A stretch of DNA of 64,000 nucleotides from Raja brachyura (taxonomy: Eukaryota). Positions within the stretch are counted from its first letter, which is position 1; the number at the start of each line of letters is the position of its first letter. The DNA is taken from positions 1-64,000 of the forward strand of contig OY740795.1 of NCBI GenBank assembly GCA_963514005.1, read 5' to 3'. Of this stretch, positions 50,822 through 63,230 are shown in pieces. Under the pieces are notes generated by a model. That model was not told where the DNA came from, did not search any database, and saw only the letters and a program-made list of their open reading frames with translations. Position numbers and translations under genes: made by a program.

Positions 50822-52079
50822 CCACGTGATTTCACAGGCGGTTGCAGCTGTGAACAGGAGGAAGTTGAGTGGGCGTTTCCGATGCGCAGTTATATTTCGT
50901 TGGCTCTACGCTACCAAGCATCTCACTGGCTAATTGGACGGGACAATATCTAACTCGCCCTGCATTTGACATCCCCAGCCTTTCTCTACCTTCTTACCCC
51001 TTTCATATCCTGAAATTCTCTCCTACGTCGTGAATGAGGTTAAATCCGGTTGTGTCATAACACATTTATTTACACAGGTTTCCCAAGGACTGTTATGACA
51101 GAAGGAAATTGCGGCATCTGATCTGAAAGTCATTGACCTACAAACATATACGCGTGGTAAACATTCAAGAAGGCTTCTAAAGAAAAGCACGCGTTTCTCG
51201 GAATGACTCTTGCACCTGCTTTGACATCTCTTGTCGCGTGTCGTTGTTTCGACAATGTTATTGTTGTTTCTCAAGGTTCTCAAGCGAAGGCTCTATGTCT
51301 GTGGTATCTACGAATCGGTGCACCTGAAATTCACATCCGGACACAAAAACCGCGATCACGTAATTGTATTCATGCTTTCGTTTTCCAACTAGAAGAAGAC
51401 AGCTGACGTCACTAGACAACACATGATCGCTTATAGTGAAGGTGTAGATTCAATACTGAGGGTTTGGTTACAAATCAGACCGCGTATAACACAGTCTTCA
51501 ATCAAGGGAAGAAATTGTACCATGTATTAGTAAGATTAAACGAGAACTTACCAGTTTGAAGTTTGATCTTTATTTTATGAGGAATTGCGATGAGGGATTT
51601 CGTGAAGGACCCGCCAGCACGCATGCGCGACATTCTTCAAAGCAGCGGTGTGGAATCACAGAACCAACAACCAAAGAAATGACTTGTTATAGTTAGATTG
51701 AAGAGACTCTAGTTACCAGTTGACTTTATGATCGAGGGTTGGGAGCTGAGGGCACGAAATCCCTCATCGCAACTCCTCATAAAATAAAGATCAAACTTCA
51801 AACTGGTAAGTTCTCGTTTAATCTTACTATTTCATTTCGGAGTCACGTGAGTGACTTCGTGAAGACTTCAAAGCTCTGTGATTTCATGCCCTGGACAACG
51901 TCCATGCTGTCACACACGCCATTGTAAGGATGGACAGGAGTAATCAAATTTTCAGACTGCTTATTCTGAAAAATAATAATATTTATTAATAATAACAAAA
52001 AATAAAAAAACCCTCACTGGGGAGTAGTCGTATGTTCTCGGCCTGCATTCAGCACGGCTTCTGCGAACATTCCAGGAGC

Positions 52080-52986
52080 GGTAACAGGTTTATTATAAAA
52101 CCGCTGAAAGGTGGCTTCACTGGCCCATCCCGCTGTGGCAAGAATATGGTCCATGGGCACCTCCATGACCTTTGCCGGCGACGTTGATGCAGCCCTGGTG
52201 GAATGGGATTTAAAACATTAGTATCAAAACGATCCTGAGCCATCTGCAGATTGTCTGTACCGTCACTCTATGGTGAGTTTTTTTGTGGCTGATTAGCAGG
52301 TATTGCTCCATTCCCCTTAATTTCCGCGTCACTCTAATATAGTGGCGGATATGGGTGGCTAAACATAGCCTAGCATCAGCGGGGTATGCTGGAAACACCA
52401 GCTGCAGCCCTGTGAATCCAGGTCTATGCTGCTTAAGCAATTCATCAACGAAGAAAATAACCTTCTCTGGGGTAGAGATCATTCTGTCAATCTTGACCTT
52501 GTGAAGAGTCTGTATCCTTTGTGCCGAAGTAAGTGCCAATAACATCACCAGCTTCAGGGTGAGTTTGTTCAATTCAAGCCCAGCCATGGGCGACCACGTC
52601 CTGAGTAGGGTCAGTCCTTTCCCAATGTCCCAGGTGATGTTGTAACGGGGTCTTGGCGGGTTGGAATTAAATATTCCCCGCATCAGTTTGGACACCAGTT
52701 TATTGGATCCTACCTCAATATTGAGGTAGGATGATAGTGCACTCCTGGCGCTATTGATGGCACTGTAGCTGAGGTGTTCGTCATGGTGTAACCCCGCAAG
52801 GAATTCCAGCACATCTGTGATTGAAGCGGAGTCATATGCAATGTCCAAGCGGCCGCAGCAGGTTTCCCATTTTCTGATGTGCGATAAATATTGCCGTCTT
52901 GTGGACTCCCTGCATGACGCTCCCATTGTATCCATAGTCCTTGATGAGAGACCATACTGCAGTAATGGTCTGTTCAAATCCTGCAA
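52080..52986 (-). pseudogene. DIRS tyrosine recombinase, frameshifted near 52225
   Basis: LSYSAINSARSALS and LALTSAQR in ORF 52210-52986; the catalytic end (HSTRAAS..AGW..FQRFY) lies in another frame at 52080-52215. Confidence 0.85.
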
Positions 52987-54983
52987 GCCAATAAATTCAA
53001 GTGCCTATGGCAGGGATGTGGTTCCCCTGTAACAGGGTTCGTCACCAATTGTGGGCAACCCTCTAAGAGGACCCATGGTTGACTGATCATATCAAGGATC
53101 ACCGGATACCATGACTGAGTAGGCCAGTCGGGTATGATAAGAATGCCATTAGCAGCATCTAGCTGGATTTCACGCAATACCCGACTGATGAGGCAAAATG
53201 GCGGAAATGCATAGAAAAACCATTTCCCCCAATCTAGCGAGAAAGCGTCCATCGCCATTGCCCCAGGATCTGGTTCCCATGATACGTATGTTGGTACCTG
53301 ATGGTTCAACCGTGACGCAAAAAGGTCAATATCCGGTTTACCAAATTTGGCTGTAATTTTGGCGAATATTTGGGGATTCAACATCCACTCGATGTTGTCA
53401 TTAAATTTCCCTGACCTGGTGTTCGCCACTGTGTTGAGCTTACCTGGTAAATAGGTAGCTGAAATCCAAATATTCCGTTGTATGCACCAGAGCCAAATTG
53501 TATTAGCCAATTCATCACCTGAAATTGACCTGGTACCGCCCATATGATTTAGATATGCCACCGCAGTGGTGTTGTCTATTTGGAGACGGACATGAGTGTC
53601 AGTAATGTTTGAACAATAAGCTCTAAGTCCGTGGAATGCCCCTAGCATCTCCAAATAGTTTATCCCTTGTGCTAACAAAAGGGTAGATTCAAGTGAGTCC
53701 CATCTGCCCCCACAACTAGTGTTGTTGTCCGTAGCTCCCCAGCCATGGGAGCTTGCTTCTGTTTGTAAGTATACCACCGGACGAGGCACAATGATGGGTT
53801 TGAATGAGTTATGGATATTGTCAATCCACCATTGTAACTCAATTTTTGCCTTAAGTGGCAGCTGCATAGGTCTATCAAAATGTCCATCATTCAATATTAA
53901 CGCTGAAATCTTGGATCTTTGTAAATTTTGATAATGTAAAGGTCCGAATTGAGCAGCTGGAAAAACTGCTACGATTTTCCCCATTACCTTAGCAGTTTGT
54001 CTGATTGATGGTATACTGGCGCAGACCAGGTTCTTGAATGCTTGAAAGACATCCCCAACTTTGTTAGTTGGTATGGTGGCAATCATGCGATTGGAATCTA
54101 CCGTGAACGCCAGATAGTCCATGATCTGTGAAGGACAGAACTTTGATTTATCTGGATGGATAATAAATCCCATTTTTTGAAATATTTCCACAGTGGCTGA
54201 AACTGCCAATTTCGCTGACTCCGGTGTATGCCCAATAATTAGGATATCATCCAGAGAAGCCATGACCGTATGATTTTGCCTCCACAGTGTTACTAGCACT
54301 GGCTTGAGTAATTTAGTAAACAGTCTGGGGGCTGTGGTAAGCCCATTGGGCAAAGCTTTGTATTGCCAAAGTTGATCCATCCAGGTAAACTTCAAGAACT
54401 TCCTGTGATGTTTCTGAATGGATACTGAATAGTATGCATCTTTTAAATCAATGCATGCCATGAAGCAGCCCTCAGAAATCAAAGATTTGGCTGTTTCGAA
54501 CGTGTCCATTTTGAAATGGGTATATTTTACAAAAGTACTCAAATGGGTTAGATCTATAATGACCCGACATCCACCATCTTTTTGTTTTTTTATAAATATA
54601 TTAGATACAAATTCAATTGGTTCATGTGTAGTTCTTTCTATCACACCTTTCTCTTGTAGTCTCAATATTTCAGCATAGCCTACTGCTGTTTCCTTCCTGG
54701 AAAGTGCAAATTTGCGATTCGGCATATACCGAGGTGGAGGAATTTGGCCATTTATGAACTCAATCTCATAGCCCTGAATACTTTGTAAGATAAACTCATC
54801 TGAGGTGATGGTTTCCCATGCCTCCTTAAACCCCCGTAGTCTACCCCCAACATGTGAGGTTAGACATGCAAGTGCATGGAATCCAGACCGCCTTACCTTA
54901 ATGGTTATCGGTGGTCCCTGACGTGTTTGGTGGGACGTGGAGGTGCTGGCTTGCGCTGGTAATGTGGAAACCGCATTTTCCAT
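52974..54983 (-). CDS. DIRS pol: reverse transcriptase, RNase H and N6-adenine methyltransferase-like domain
   Basis: IDLKDAYY, LPNGLTTAPRLFTK, SLDD (normally YLDD), TEAS (normally TDAS), INYLEM, IDNTTAVAYLN, DLFAS and YAFPP. Confidence 0.9.
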   Translation of the reverse strand: MENAVSTLPAQASTSTSHQTRQGPPITIKVRRSGFHALACLTSHVGGRLRGFKEAWETITSDEFILQSIQGYEIEFINGQIPPPRYMPNRKFALSRKETAVGYAEILRLQEKGVIERTTHEPIEFVSNIFIKKQKDGGCRVIIDLTHLSTFVKYTHFKMDTFETAKSLISEGCFMACIDLKDAYYSVSIQKHHRKFLKFTWMDQLWQYKALPNGLTTAPRLFTKLLKPVLVTLWRQNHTVMASLDDILIIGHTPESAKLAVSATVEIFQKMGFIIHPDKSKFCPSQIMDYLAFTVDSNRMIATIPTNKVGDVFQAFKNLVCASIPSIRQTAKVMGKIVAVFPAAQFGPLHYQNLQRSKISALILNDGHFDRPMQLPLKAKIELQWWIDNIHNSFKPIIVPRPVVYLQTEASSHGWGATDNNTSCGGRWDSLESTLLLAQGINYLEMLGAFHGLRAYCSNITDTHVRLQIDNTTAVAYLNHMGGTRSISGDELANTIWLWCIQRNIWISATYLPGKLNTVANTRSGKFNDNIEWMLNPQIFAKITAKFGKPDIDLFASRLNHQVPTYVSWEPDPGAMAMDAFSLDWGKWFFYAFPPFCLISRVLREIQLDAANGILIIPDWPTQSWYPVILDMISQPWVLLEGCPQLVTNPVTGEPHPCHRHLNLLACRI

Positions 54984-56667
54984 GCTGGCCGTTGAAGGCC
55001 TAGCCCTAAAAAAGGCCTGGGCTGTTGAGGCTGTTGGTATAAAGGAGGTGCCGGAACGTAGGTCCTTGCTGGCCTTTCGGTTTGACCTCGTGGCCTGAAA
55101 AAAGGTGTTTTCTTGGCCGTTTGTCTGGTCAAGGTGTGTGACCTCATAAGACCCACTGTCTTGACATGGTCATCTAAATCTTTGACCTGCTTCGGGAGGT
55201 CTTCTCCGAATAGCTGTCTGGGTGGTGGTGTTGGAGGTGCTCTGCATAGCCCCGCAAATTTGGGGTTTAATGTAGGCTTGATGATGCTTTTCCTAAAAGC
55301 ATTGATCTCATATTGCGTATTGCAAAGTAGCGCCAGAGCATCCTCCTGTTCGGTGTTCAAGTCCACTCCATCCACCGACCTCGCAAACGCGGTAACCCCA
55401 GATGTGAGTAATTTCAGGATTCTTTGCAATTTTACTTCCTGAGCTCTAATGCCCGGGCTGATATTGCCCCAAATTGGCATGTTCACAATAGGCACATTGA
55501 GCGAGTTGCAATTACCCGGTGCCTTGTGTCTGTCCATGGCCTTCGCAAGGACCTCCTCCTGTAGCTGATGGTTGGTGGGAAATCTATGGTAGCAGCCAGC
55601 TTGGTATTGAGGGGTTGTCCCGATGATACGGGTAATCCAAACTTGGCTGCCACGTCCAGGAGCTCTTCCTGGGGAACCTCAGGTGCTACTGGAGCATGTA
55701 CCAAGATCTCCTCCTCTTCTGGCCTCATGCTATCCATGGATGATGGGGATATATCCATGAGTCCCCTGGAACTGTGTGTTTCCCGCCTTTGATTTTGCAG
55801 GACTTGTTCCAAAATCCCCTCCATCCGATCTATGCGCCCTTCATGGTGCGTGAATGGGCGGTCAGAGTCCTCATGCCCGAAGGAACTTCTGAGGCTCCTA
55901 TCATCGGCCCGTACCTCGTCGAGGTAATATCGGTGCCGTGACGATAAGTCGCTACCAACCGCCTCAGCGAAACTGAACGACTCCCGCGCGGATCTGCTCA
56001 TACGCCTTCTTTTGGCTGAGCTAAATCCGGCTGCCTCTGAGGGCATATGCGGTGAGAAGTCGGCACCCAACGCCGCAGCATCGTGACCCGACATCCGCGC
56101 GGGCTTGCCGACTGTCCTTTTTCTGGACCCAGACGGCGTACGGTCCCGTCCCGCCCCCAGCGGGGGAAGCGGTGACCGTGGCGAGATTCCACCTGTGTGA
56201 CTCCTCCTGGTCCAACTAGGTGGTGAGTCTCCACTGGCCCTTCCTGGCCTGCCAGTGGACTTGGGTCTCGCTGATTCACCAGGCCGCAATCTTGCGGCTC
56301 CTGGTGAAACCTCAGCCCGAAAAGGGCTAGGTTGTCGAGCTCTATCCCTGGCTCCTCCATGAGGGCTCAGGGAGAAGGGCCGTGCAGCAGCACGTGAACC
56401 CCGTTTGCTCGTCTCTGCCAACGATCCTGTTGGCGATAATGAAATGGAGTCAGGGTCTACCTGCTCCGGCGCTGTACCGACTTCTTGCTCTGCGGGAACA
56501 CCGCTAGTGCTCAGCTGTGTCGGTGATTCGGGTCCTGTGACTACAGGGCTCCCCGATTTGCGCGCCGTTTTCCCGGCCCGTCCAACGGGTGCTGTAGAAG
56601 GGAGCTCCGGGATAGGTGGCCGGCAACTCCTTCCGGATGTCCTGCGGCCCGTACTCCTCTTGTCCAT
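54905..56667 (-). pseudogene. DIRS gag-like ORF1, split by a frameshift near 55540
   Basis: ORFs 55483-56667 and 54905-55537 lie between the left ITR and pol, and overlap pol as in DIRS elements. Confidence 0.7.
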
Positions 56668-57670
56668 GTCCCTGTTGGAGAGAAAATATACTCAAAACAG
56701 GAACAACCAGCTCAAGGTTGTCTATACTTACCTGAGAGGCCCTTATGAAGGGCTGGTGGTGAGCCGCGCTCCACCTCCAGCCGTCGACTGCAAATGCGAG
56801 CGACGATATGTCGCGCATGCGTGCTGGCGGGTTCTTCACGAAGTCACTCACGTGACTCCGAAATTAAATGGACTGTTTTCACGACTGACTAGGCACAAGG
56901 GGTTGTTTCCTTCCTGTATGATTCTGCGACTGTCTCTCCTATAGCGATTGGGATCCGAATTTTACGACTGTGAGAAATGCGTGGTACCGGACGGCACAGT
57001 ATAATACCTGGCTCTATACCCTGCCGTGATAACATACCTGTATGAAGGCGTCAAGTACTGCGACTACCACAGGCCAAATAGCGATAAATGGCCTGCTCGA
57101 GACCACAGATGCTGAAAAGTGCTACTTACGGTGGGGATGCGTGACGGGTGTGGGAGTCTCATGTGTTGAGCTCTCTTGTCACATTAAATGAAAATGAAAG
57201 GACACCAAAATGCTGGAGCTCCGAAACAAAAATGAACTAATTGTGGAAAAGTAACAGCAATTCAGCCGGCAATTGCAATGAGAAAAACCGTCAGCTTCGC
57301 AGTCACCAGACACTTTATGAGAAGGGAGCAAGAGATCAATTATTCTTAAAGGGGGTCAACTGGCGATAGTGGTTCCTTTTCCTTTGCTCGAGATCCTACT
57401 GTCTGAAAGATATGCTTCATATGTAGTTTTCTTAAGATTGCCATTCACCACCGATGTTAATATCTGAATATTCTGAAATCAGCATGCACGTACAACTGGG
57501 GCAGCTCGGTAGGTCAAACAAGCTCCAGTCAGAATTACTCGCGCCTTCTGATTGGTGTTCCACGAGATGTAGTGTAGGTCCGATCCAGCTCATCGGGACT
57601 ACCCAATCCCTCTGACGGTTGCCGCTTCATCGCTGGAAACCCAAAGATCCGGCTATTAGGAAGGGTAAGC

Positions 57671-58700
57671 ATGCCACTCCTTGCACACGTTGCGCCGTGG
57701 CTGACAATGATCGTGAGTAGGAAGGCTGATATCTTAAACTAGTTCGCATTTTACTCTGGCTGATTCTGGCGCACTGCGAACACGCTAGAACCGGAACTGA
57801 GCGAGCGTGCGAAGCGCGGGGCAATTATAATCATTGTGAAATATTTACTGGGATACGATGTAATCCCACAAAGCGAGACGGACGATTTTCGAGAGAGGAG
57901 CACGAACAGAGCCCTTCCGACTGCGTGGATATTTGCATCAGTTGGGCAGTACTACGGCTGATTGCCGTTGAGGAACCGGTGTGAAGTTCCGCAAAAACAA
58001 TTTCATCGGTGTGCGAAGAATATGTGAATTCTTAGATGGAGTAAGTGAAGTGGATCACACATAGCTAATCAGTGGATCACTCATACCAAGAATGCGCTTG
58101 ATGGGATCAAGAAAGGAACGGCAGTCAAGCTGATCGAGTGGGGCATGGGAGGGTGTGGGGAAACGCGCATACATCGTCCTTTTGGAAGCAGTCTGAATAA
58201 GGGTCCCGACCTGAAACGTTGTATCTCATTTCCCTCCACATATACTTCATGACACACTCTGTGCATCCAGCACTTTGATATTTGCTCAAGATTCCAGCGT
58301 TTGCAGTTCCGTGTGCCGCGGTCCTTTCTGTTGTTTCGAATTCTGTTCTCTGTTCTGTCAACGTCAATGCGTTTAATCTACCCAATTATATTTAGTCCGA
58401 ACCTTTGAGATTAATTTCTTGTCTTTTGTTTACCCTTACTCCAGATCTGAGCACTGCCGATACATTGATACAGTGGGAGACCATCACAGCACGTCACTTT
58501 GCCAGCGGCTGCTTATTATATATTTTGGTATCGCCCGTACAGAGGCAGATGGCACAAACTGGAGATACCAGAGTGGCGGCTATATACGGCGAATTTCGCT
58601 AAAAGCAGATTTTCTGATGTGCTCCAACAATCGGTGTTGGAGTATCGATTGACTATTACACAACTGTCGTCTGACACGGAGATGTATTACGGTGCAGAGT
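57671..58700 (+). pseudogene. TRAV: TCR V pseudogene (leader 57671-57716, V exon from 58445)
   Basis: Leader MPLLAHVAPWLTMIV-A|GTAGG with ATTGGTGTTC at 57551. Exon has YIFWYRPY..FAKSRFSDVLQQS..SDTEMYYGA, with FR1 deletions, the second Cys changed to Gly and no clean RSS. Same family as the 9585 and 19992 V exons. Confidence 0.8.
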
Positions 58701-60204
58701 CTGACATTGACGTGAACGCACGGAATAAATGCCGTGGGTTACGGGGGCACAGATGTTGCGCGCTGCCGGCAGTTTACAACTGGCCACAGACACTGGCTCT
58801 GAAACGTTTTCTCTGAGTGAGCAGACACCGAGCTCAATCCACAATGACGTCAGCGGAAATAGCCCACAAAAAATATCTGGATGGCCGTATGCGGTTCAAA
58901 CTGCCTTTAACGTGAGACGGGAAAATTCCATTCAGAGTAAATTAAAACGCTGGAGCCTACAACTGATAGCCGGTGCCTGCAGGTTCTCCCTTCATCACCT
59001 GGCAGCAGCGCCGTGTTTCCTTCGCCGCTATCCAGGTTCGCTCCCTATCCAGTCCATTGATTCGCCTGGCGACCACTGCATTCAATCTTGAGAATTCCGC
59101 GGCAAACGGCCCACAAGTCTCTGGAAGATGTAACTGCAAAAATTCAGGTCAATTAATTTTAAATGGCGATTCTTTATCCAGAGGACATGACACCGTAATT
59201 AGCGAGTTTCAGCCACAACTTATCCAAGCGTACAATAAATGCAATGCGACTATCTGAATTCACGTTAAATATAGAACGGGATCTGGCCCATCGGCCCACA
59301 AATATCCGTGCCGAACTTGATTCCAAGATAAACTGATATCATGCACCTGCATCTGATCTATCTCCCTCTCTTCCCGACATATCCGAGTGCTTATCGAAAA
59401 GCCTCTTAAAACGCCATTACTGTAACAGAATCCACCACTATCCCGGGCAGCGCGTTCCCGACGCCCATCACCCTTGGTGTGGAAATTTCACCCTCACATC
59501 TCATTTATACTTTCCCCCTCTCATGTTAAACACGTGCCCCCTAATCATTCGCCCGAGCAAAAGTGTTCTGACTGTGTTCCTTATCGATGTCTCTCACAAT
59601 GTTATATTTAGCCAGGGTACACAAAAGGCTGGAGAAACTCAGCGGGTGCAGCATCATCGAAGGAGTGAAGGAGATAGGCAGCGTTTCGGGCCGAAACACT
59701 TCTTCAGATGGTTATATATAGCCATCTAGTTTCCCCGCAGTCTCCCGCGTTCCACGTGCAACAATCCAAATAAAAGCATTGTAATGGATCTACAACTAAT
59801 TATTTCCAGATGCACTGGACTGCCAACTTGATTGGGTGATAAGACCACCAATACCATTGAAAATCAAGGTCACGTTGATTTAACTCAATTGTCAGGAAGT
59901 CTCTTAGAATCGGGAAGTCTCCTTCTGCTGTGGATGCCTACAATTCGCAATGATTTGGGAAAGGCAAGAAGAGTGAAAGGTAAAAACAAGAAAGATTTGG
60001 CAAAGTCAAGAAAGAAGAGAGTGTGCAGAAACGTGTGAGAGAGAAACGGACAGACGGAGGTTAAGAAAGACACAGTGATTCGGGAGAGACGCAGAGAGGA
60101 GACGGACTGGAGGTGATTTGGTGCTATTGGTGAAGAACAAATTAACCTAGGATTTATTCGTCTATCCGCTTCTCTGCTCCCTCGTATATTTTACTGCGAC
60201 AGGT

Positions 60205-60572
60205 TATTGAATATGCTTTCCCCTTGCTCGTCTACAAAGCCCATTAAATCTCACCCCTCTCCTTTCAAAGGGCAACTTACTCCTGGTTTAAAATGCAGCC
60301 CTGCGCAGTTTTCATGTATGTTTTTTTGAAGAAGTTGCGCAACTCATTTTATATCTCGAGAATAGACACAACATGCTGTCAAAATCGCAGCGGGTCAGGC
60401 AGCCTCTCAGGAGAAAAAAAAATAGGTGACGTTTGGGGTCGAGACCCTTCTTCAGGCTGAGAGGGGCTCAGCATGAAGAAGCATTTTATACCAGGAGTAA
60501 GTTGCCGTTTGAAAGGACAGGGGTGAGATTTAATGGGCTTTATAGATGAGCAAGGGGAAAGCATATTTAATA
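60205..60572. repeat. 92-bp inverted repeat (60205-60296 and 60481-60572)
   Basis: tattgaatatgctttccccttgctc..cctggtttaaaatgc versus gcattttataccagg..gagcaaggggaaagcatatttaata. Confidence 0.88.
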
Positions 60573-60790
60573 CTTTGTACAGCCTGAAGAAGGTTTTCAA
60601 GCCGCAACACGTGGGTTTCCTGCAGAGTTACACTCAAGTTTGATCATACTACTTAGGTAATTCTGCTTCTTCTCAATCTGCCGCCAGGCCGCAGCTCTAG
60701 AGGGAAAGGAATGGCGAAGGGACTCGCCTTTAGACTGATTGCAGTAGGGTAACGGAAGATGGTGTTCAGGATAAAATGTTCCAGAGACGA

Positions 60791-60829
60791 GGTTTTTGTA
60801 CCGCGACCCCATTCATTGCGATCACTGTG
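60791..60829 (-). promoter_or_regulatory. Perfect-consensus RSS, 23-bp spacer
   Basis: CACAGTG + 23 nt + ACAAAAACC on the minus strand. Confidence 0.95.
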
Positions 60830-62008
60830 AACACCTGGATCGCACAATAGTGCAGCGCTGTGTCCCGCACTTTCGTCCTCCTTAGCGCCAAATAGCCTCG
60901 ATTTTCAGCAGAACTCAGCATGATCTCGTGTCGCCCTAGTACATTTGTATCGCTGAATGTCATGGTCAGGACGCGCTCCAGCCGCCCGTCACGACTCTCT
61001 ATAAACCAGTAGAATGCGGATATCACCGATGCATTGAAAACACAATTGAACTGCGCCGCATCTCCTGGATTGACCGTAAGCGAGGCGGGAGACTGAAGCA
61101 CCTCGTCCGCAAGGGCACCTGCTGAGGAAACAGTATTATGAACAGAGGTAGAAAGCTAACGAATGAACCTAACTTCACAAAAACAAATGTTAATCTATAA
61201 CGGTCGACAAACAGTCATAGAACACGTCCCGAAGAACCGTAAAGTGAATTAAACAATTAGAACAAATTCCACATCATGACTTCACCGATATTTTCCCTCG
61301 TGAATAGATGAATGTGTTTCTTGTAAGTCAAGTAAATGTTGCATTTCTATATATACCGCTGAATTCGTGACAAAAGAAAAAAATCACAAGTGTTCAATGG
61401 TCCAATGGATGTATTCGAATGGCAGAGCCCACAATGATCCATTGTTAGCTGTGGTCGAGGTCATACTAAAGGTGATACAAATAGTGAAGCTAGCAAGACG
61501 ACTAGAATGGGGGAGGAACGGAGAGAGAGGGAATGCAACGGTTACTTGGAATTAGATATATCAATATTCATACCACAGGGTGGTGAGCTGCCCAATCTGA
61601 TAAAGGAGATGCTGTTACTCGAGTTAGTTTCAGGCCACATTCTAACAGTAGAGGAGGCTCAGGACAGAAAGGTCAGTAAGTGATGGGAAGGCAGGTTAAA
61701 ATGTATGGCAACTGCGAGCTTAGGCAAAGGCGGACTGCTCTCTATCCCCGGCAATTCTGTGTGACTCCTCAAACAGCATCGTGAAAATCCACCACCTGTC
61801 AGAGCTGAAAGGTCAATGGCAACAAAAGCATTTCGAATACTACCAGCTGGCCGTTGCCCTCCAAGCCACACGCCATCTCGATTTTAAAACGGATTGCCAT
61901 TCCTTTGTCGCTGCGTCGGAGTGTTTGCTATCAGGCGCGAGTATTGTAATATAGAAAGCAATACTCACAGTGCATAGGCAGTAACAGCAACTGTATTATT
62001 ATCACCAT
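60830..62008 (-). CDS. TRAV: TCR V gene of a divergent family, apparently intact (leader 61969-62008, V exon 60830-61118)
   Basis: MVIIIQLLLLPMH-T|GTGAGT joins cag|GT to give CALADEVLQSPASLTVNPGDAAQFNC..FYWF..DTALHYCAIQV; perfect RSS. Confidence 0.88.
61370..61720 (-). mobile_element. Penelope-like GIY-YIG endonuclease C-terminal fragment in the V intron
   Basis: AVAIHFNLPSH.. followed by degenerate LE*QHL..G..L..GMNI-like sequence. Confidence 0.6.
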
Positions 62009-62769
62009 GGTTCTTCACCGCGTACTACGCGAATGCGACTGGGTACATTCCCCCAAGCAACCTATTGCATTTTGGGTCGGCAAACGCATGCGTGGAAAGG
62101 GCCACGGACTCACACAATGCAGAACGTCTTTGCGAACAGTAACGTGGAAGAGGAGAACGTCAACGCAAAGGAAGGCGACTCTGAAGACGTACCTCCATAA
62201 TCCATGACGCTCAATAATTCCTAATGGAATTAAATGGACAATTATCTGGTTTAATCTCCGGTTTAGTCTAGTGTAATTTCATGCTGGGTGACCTCACTTC
62301 CGCGACAATCCCGAGCAATCCTCAATGTAGCTAAGCGGAAAAGAATTGCAACCTTTGCTGTTGCCCAGACCTTATTAGCTACCAGAAAACACTCTGTAAT
62401 AGATTTTGTAATTAATGTTCCCTCCTTTCTTGAGGCCTCTGATACGCAACACATTGTTTCTCTCTCCAGCAATATTAACTGCACTTTCAAGTACTCCCAA
62501 CATTTTATATTCTGTTTTAGCTTAGCAGCTTCCGAGCAGTTTATTTGCACGCGCAGCATGTCCGCTCTGACTTACTGACGTTCTTATTTGTCTTCCTGCT
62601 CGTTAGTTTCCGGGTTCTTCTTTAACAGGCACTGATTCATTGGCGGTGAAAATATAGTGTGTCCTAGTTCCATTCCGCGAGCCACGTGTGCAGAGGATGA
62701 ACGTTTCAAACCTTAATGAAATATGCGCTATTACCCGATTAGCATCAAGCGATGGAGAGACAGACCGAA

Positions 62770-63230
62770 GCTGCCGGGCCTGACATATGAGGAAAGAATG
62801 GGTCGACTGGGCTTGTATTCACTGGAATTTATAAGTACGAGAAAGGATCATACAAAAAATTATAAAATTCCTCCGAGATTGGACATCCTAGATAAGTTAA
62901 AAAATGGTCCCCATGTACGGGAAGTCCACAACCAGGGGTCACAGTTTAAGAATAAGGGTTAGGCCATTTAGGACTGAGATGAAGAAATACAATTCACCCA
63001 TAGAGTTGTGAATCTGTGGAATTCTCTGCCACAGAAGGCAGTGGAGGCCAATTCACTGAGTGTTTTCACGAGAGAGTTAAATTTAGCTCTTAGGGCTAAC
63101 GGAATCAAGGAATACGGAGGGGGGATCAGAAATGGCGTATTAATTTTCAATGATCACATTGAATAGCGGTACTGGCTTGAAGGGCCGAATGGCCGAATCC
63201 TGCATCTATTTTCTATATTTTTCTGTTTCT
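62770..63230 (+). mobile_element. CR1 3' fragment
   Basis: LPGLTYEERMGRLGLYSLEF and the typical 3' UTR. Confidence 0.85.

Larger units (their letters stand above)
51526..56863 (-). mobile_element. Full-length DIRS1-like tyrosine-recombinase retrotransposon (mutated)
   Basis: Starts TTT. ITRs at 56808-56842 and 51599-51633; ICR at 51753-51864 is complementary to both termini. Contains gag, RT-RNaseH-methyltransferase and YR ORFs. Confidence 0.95.
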
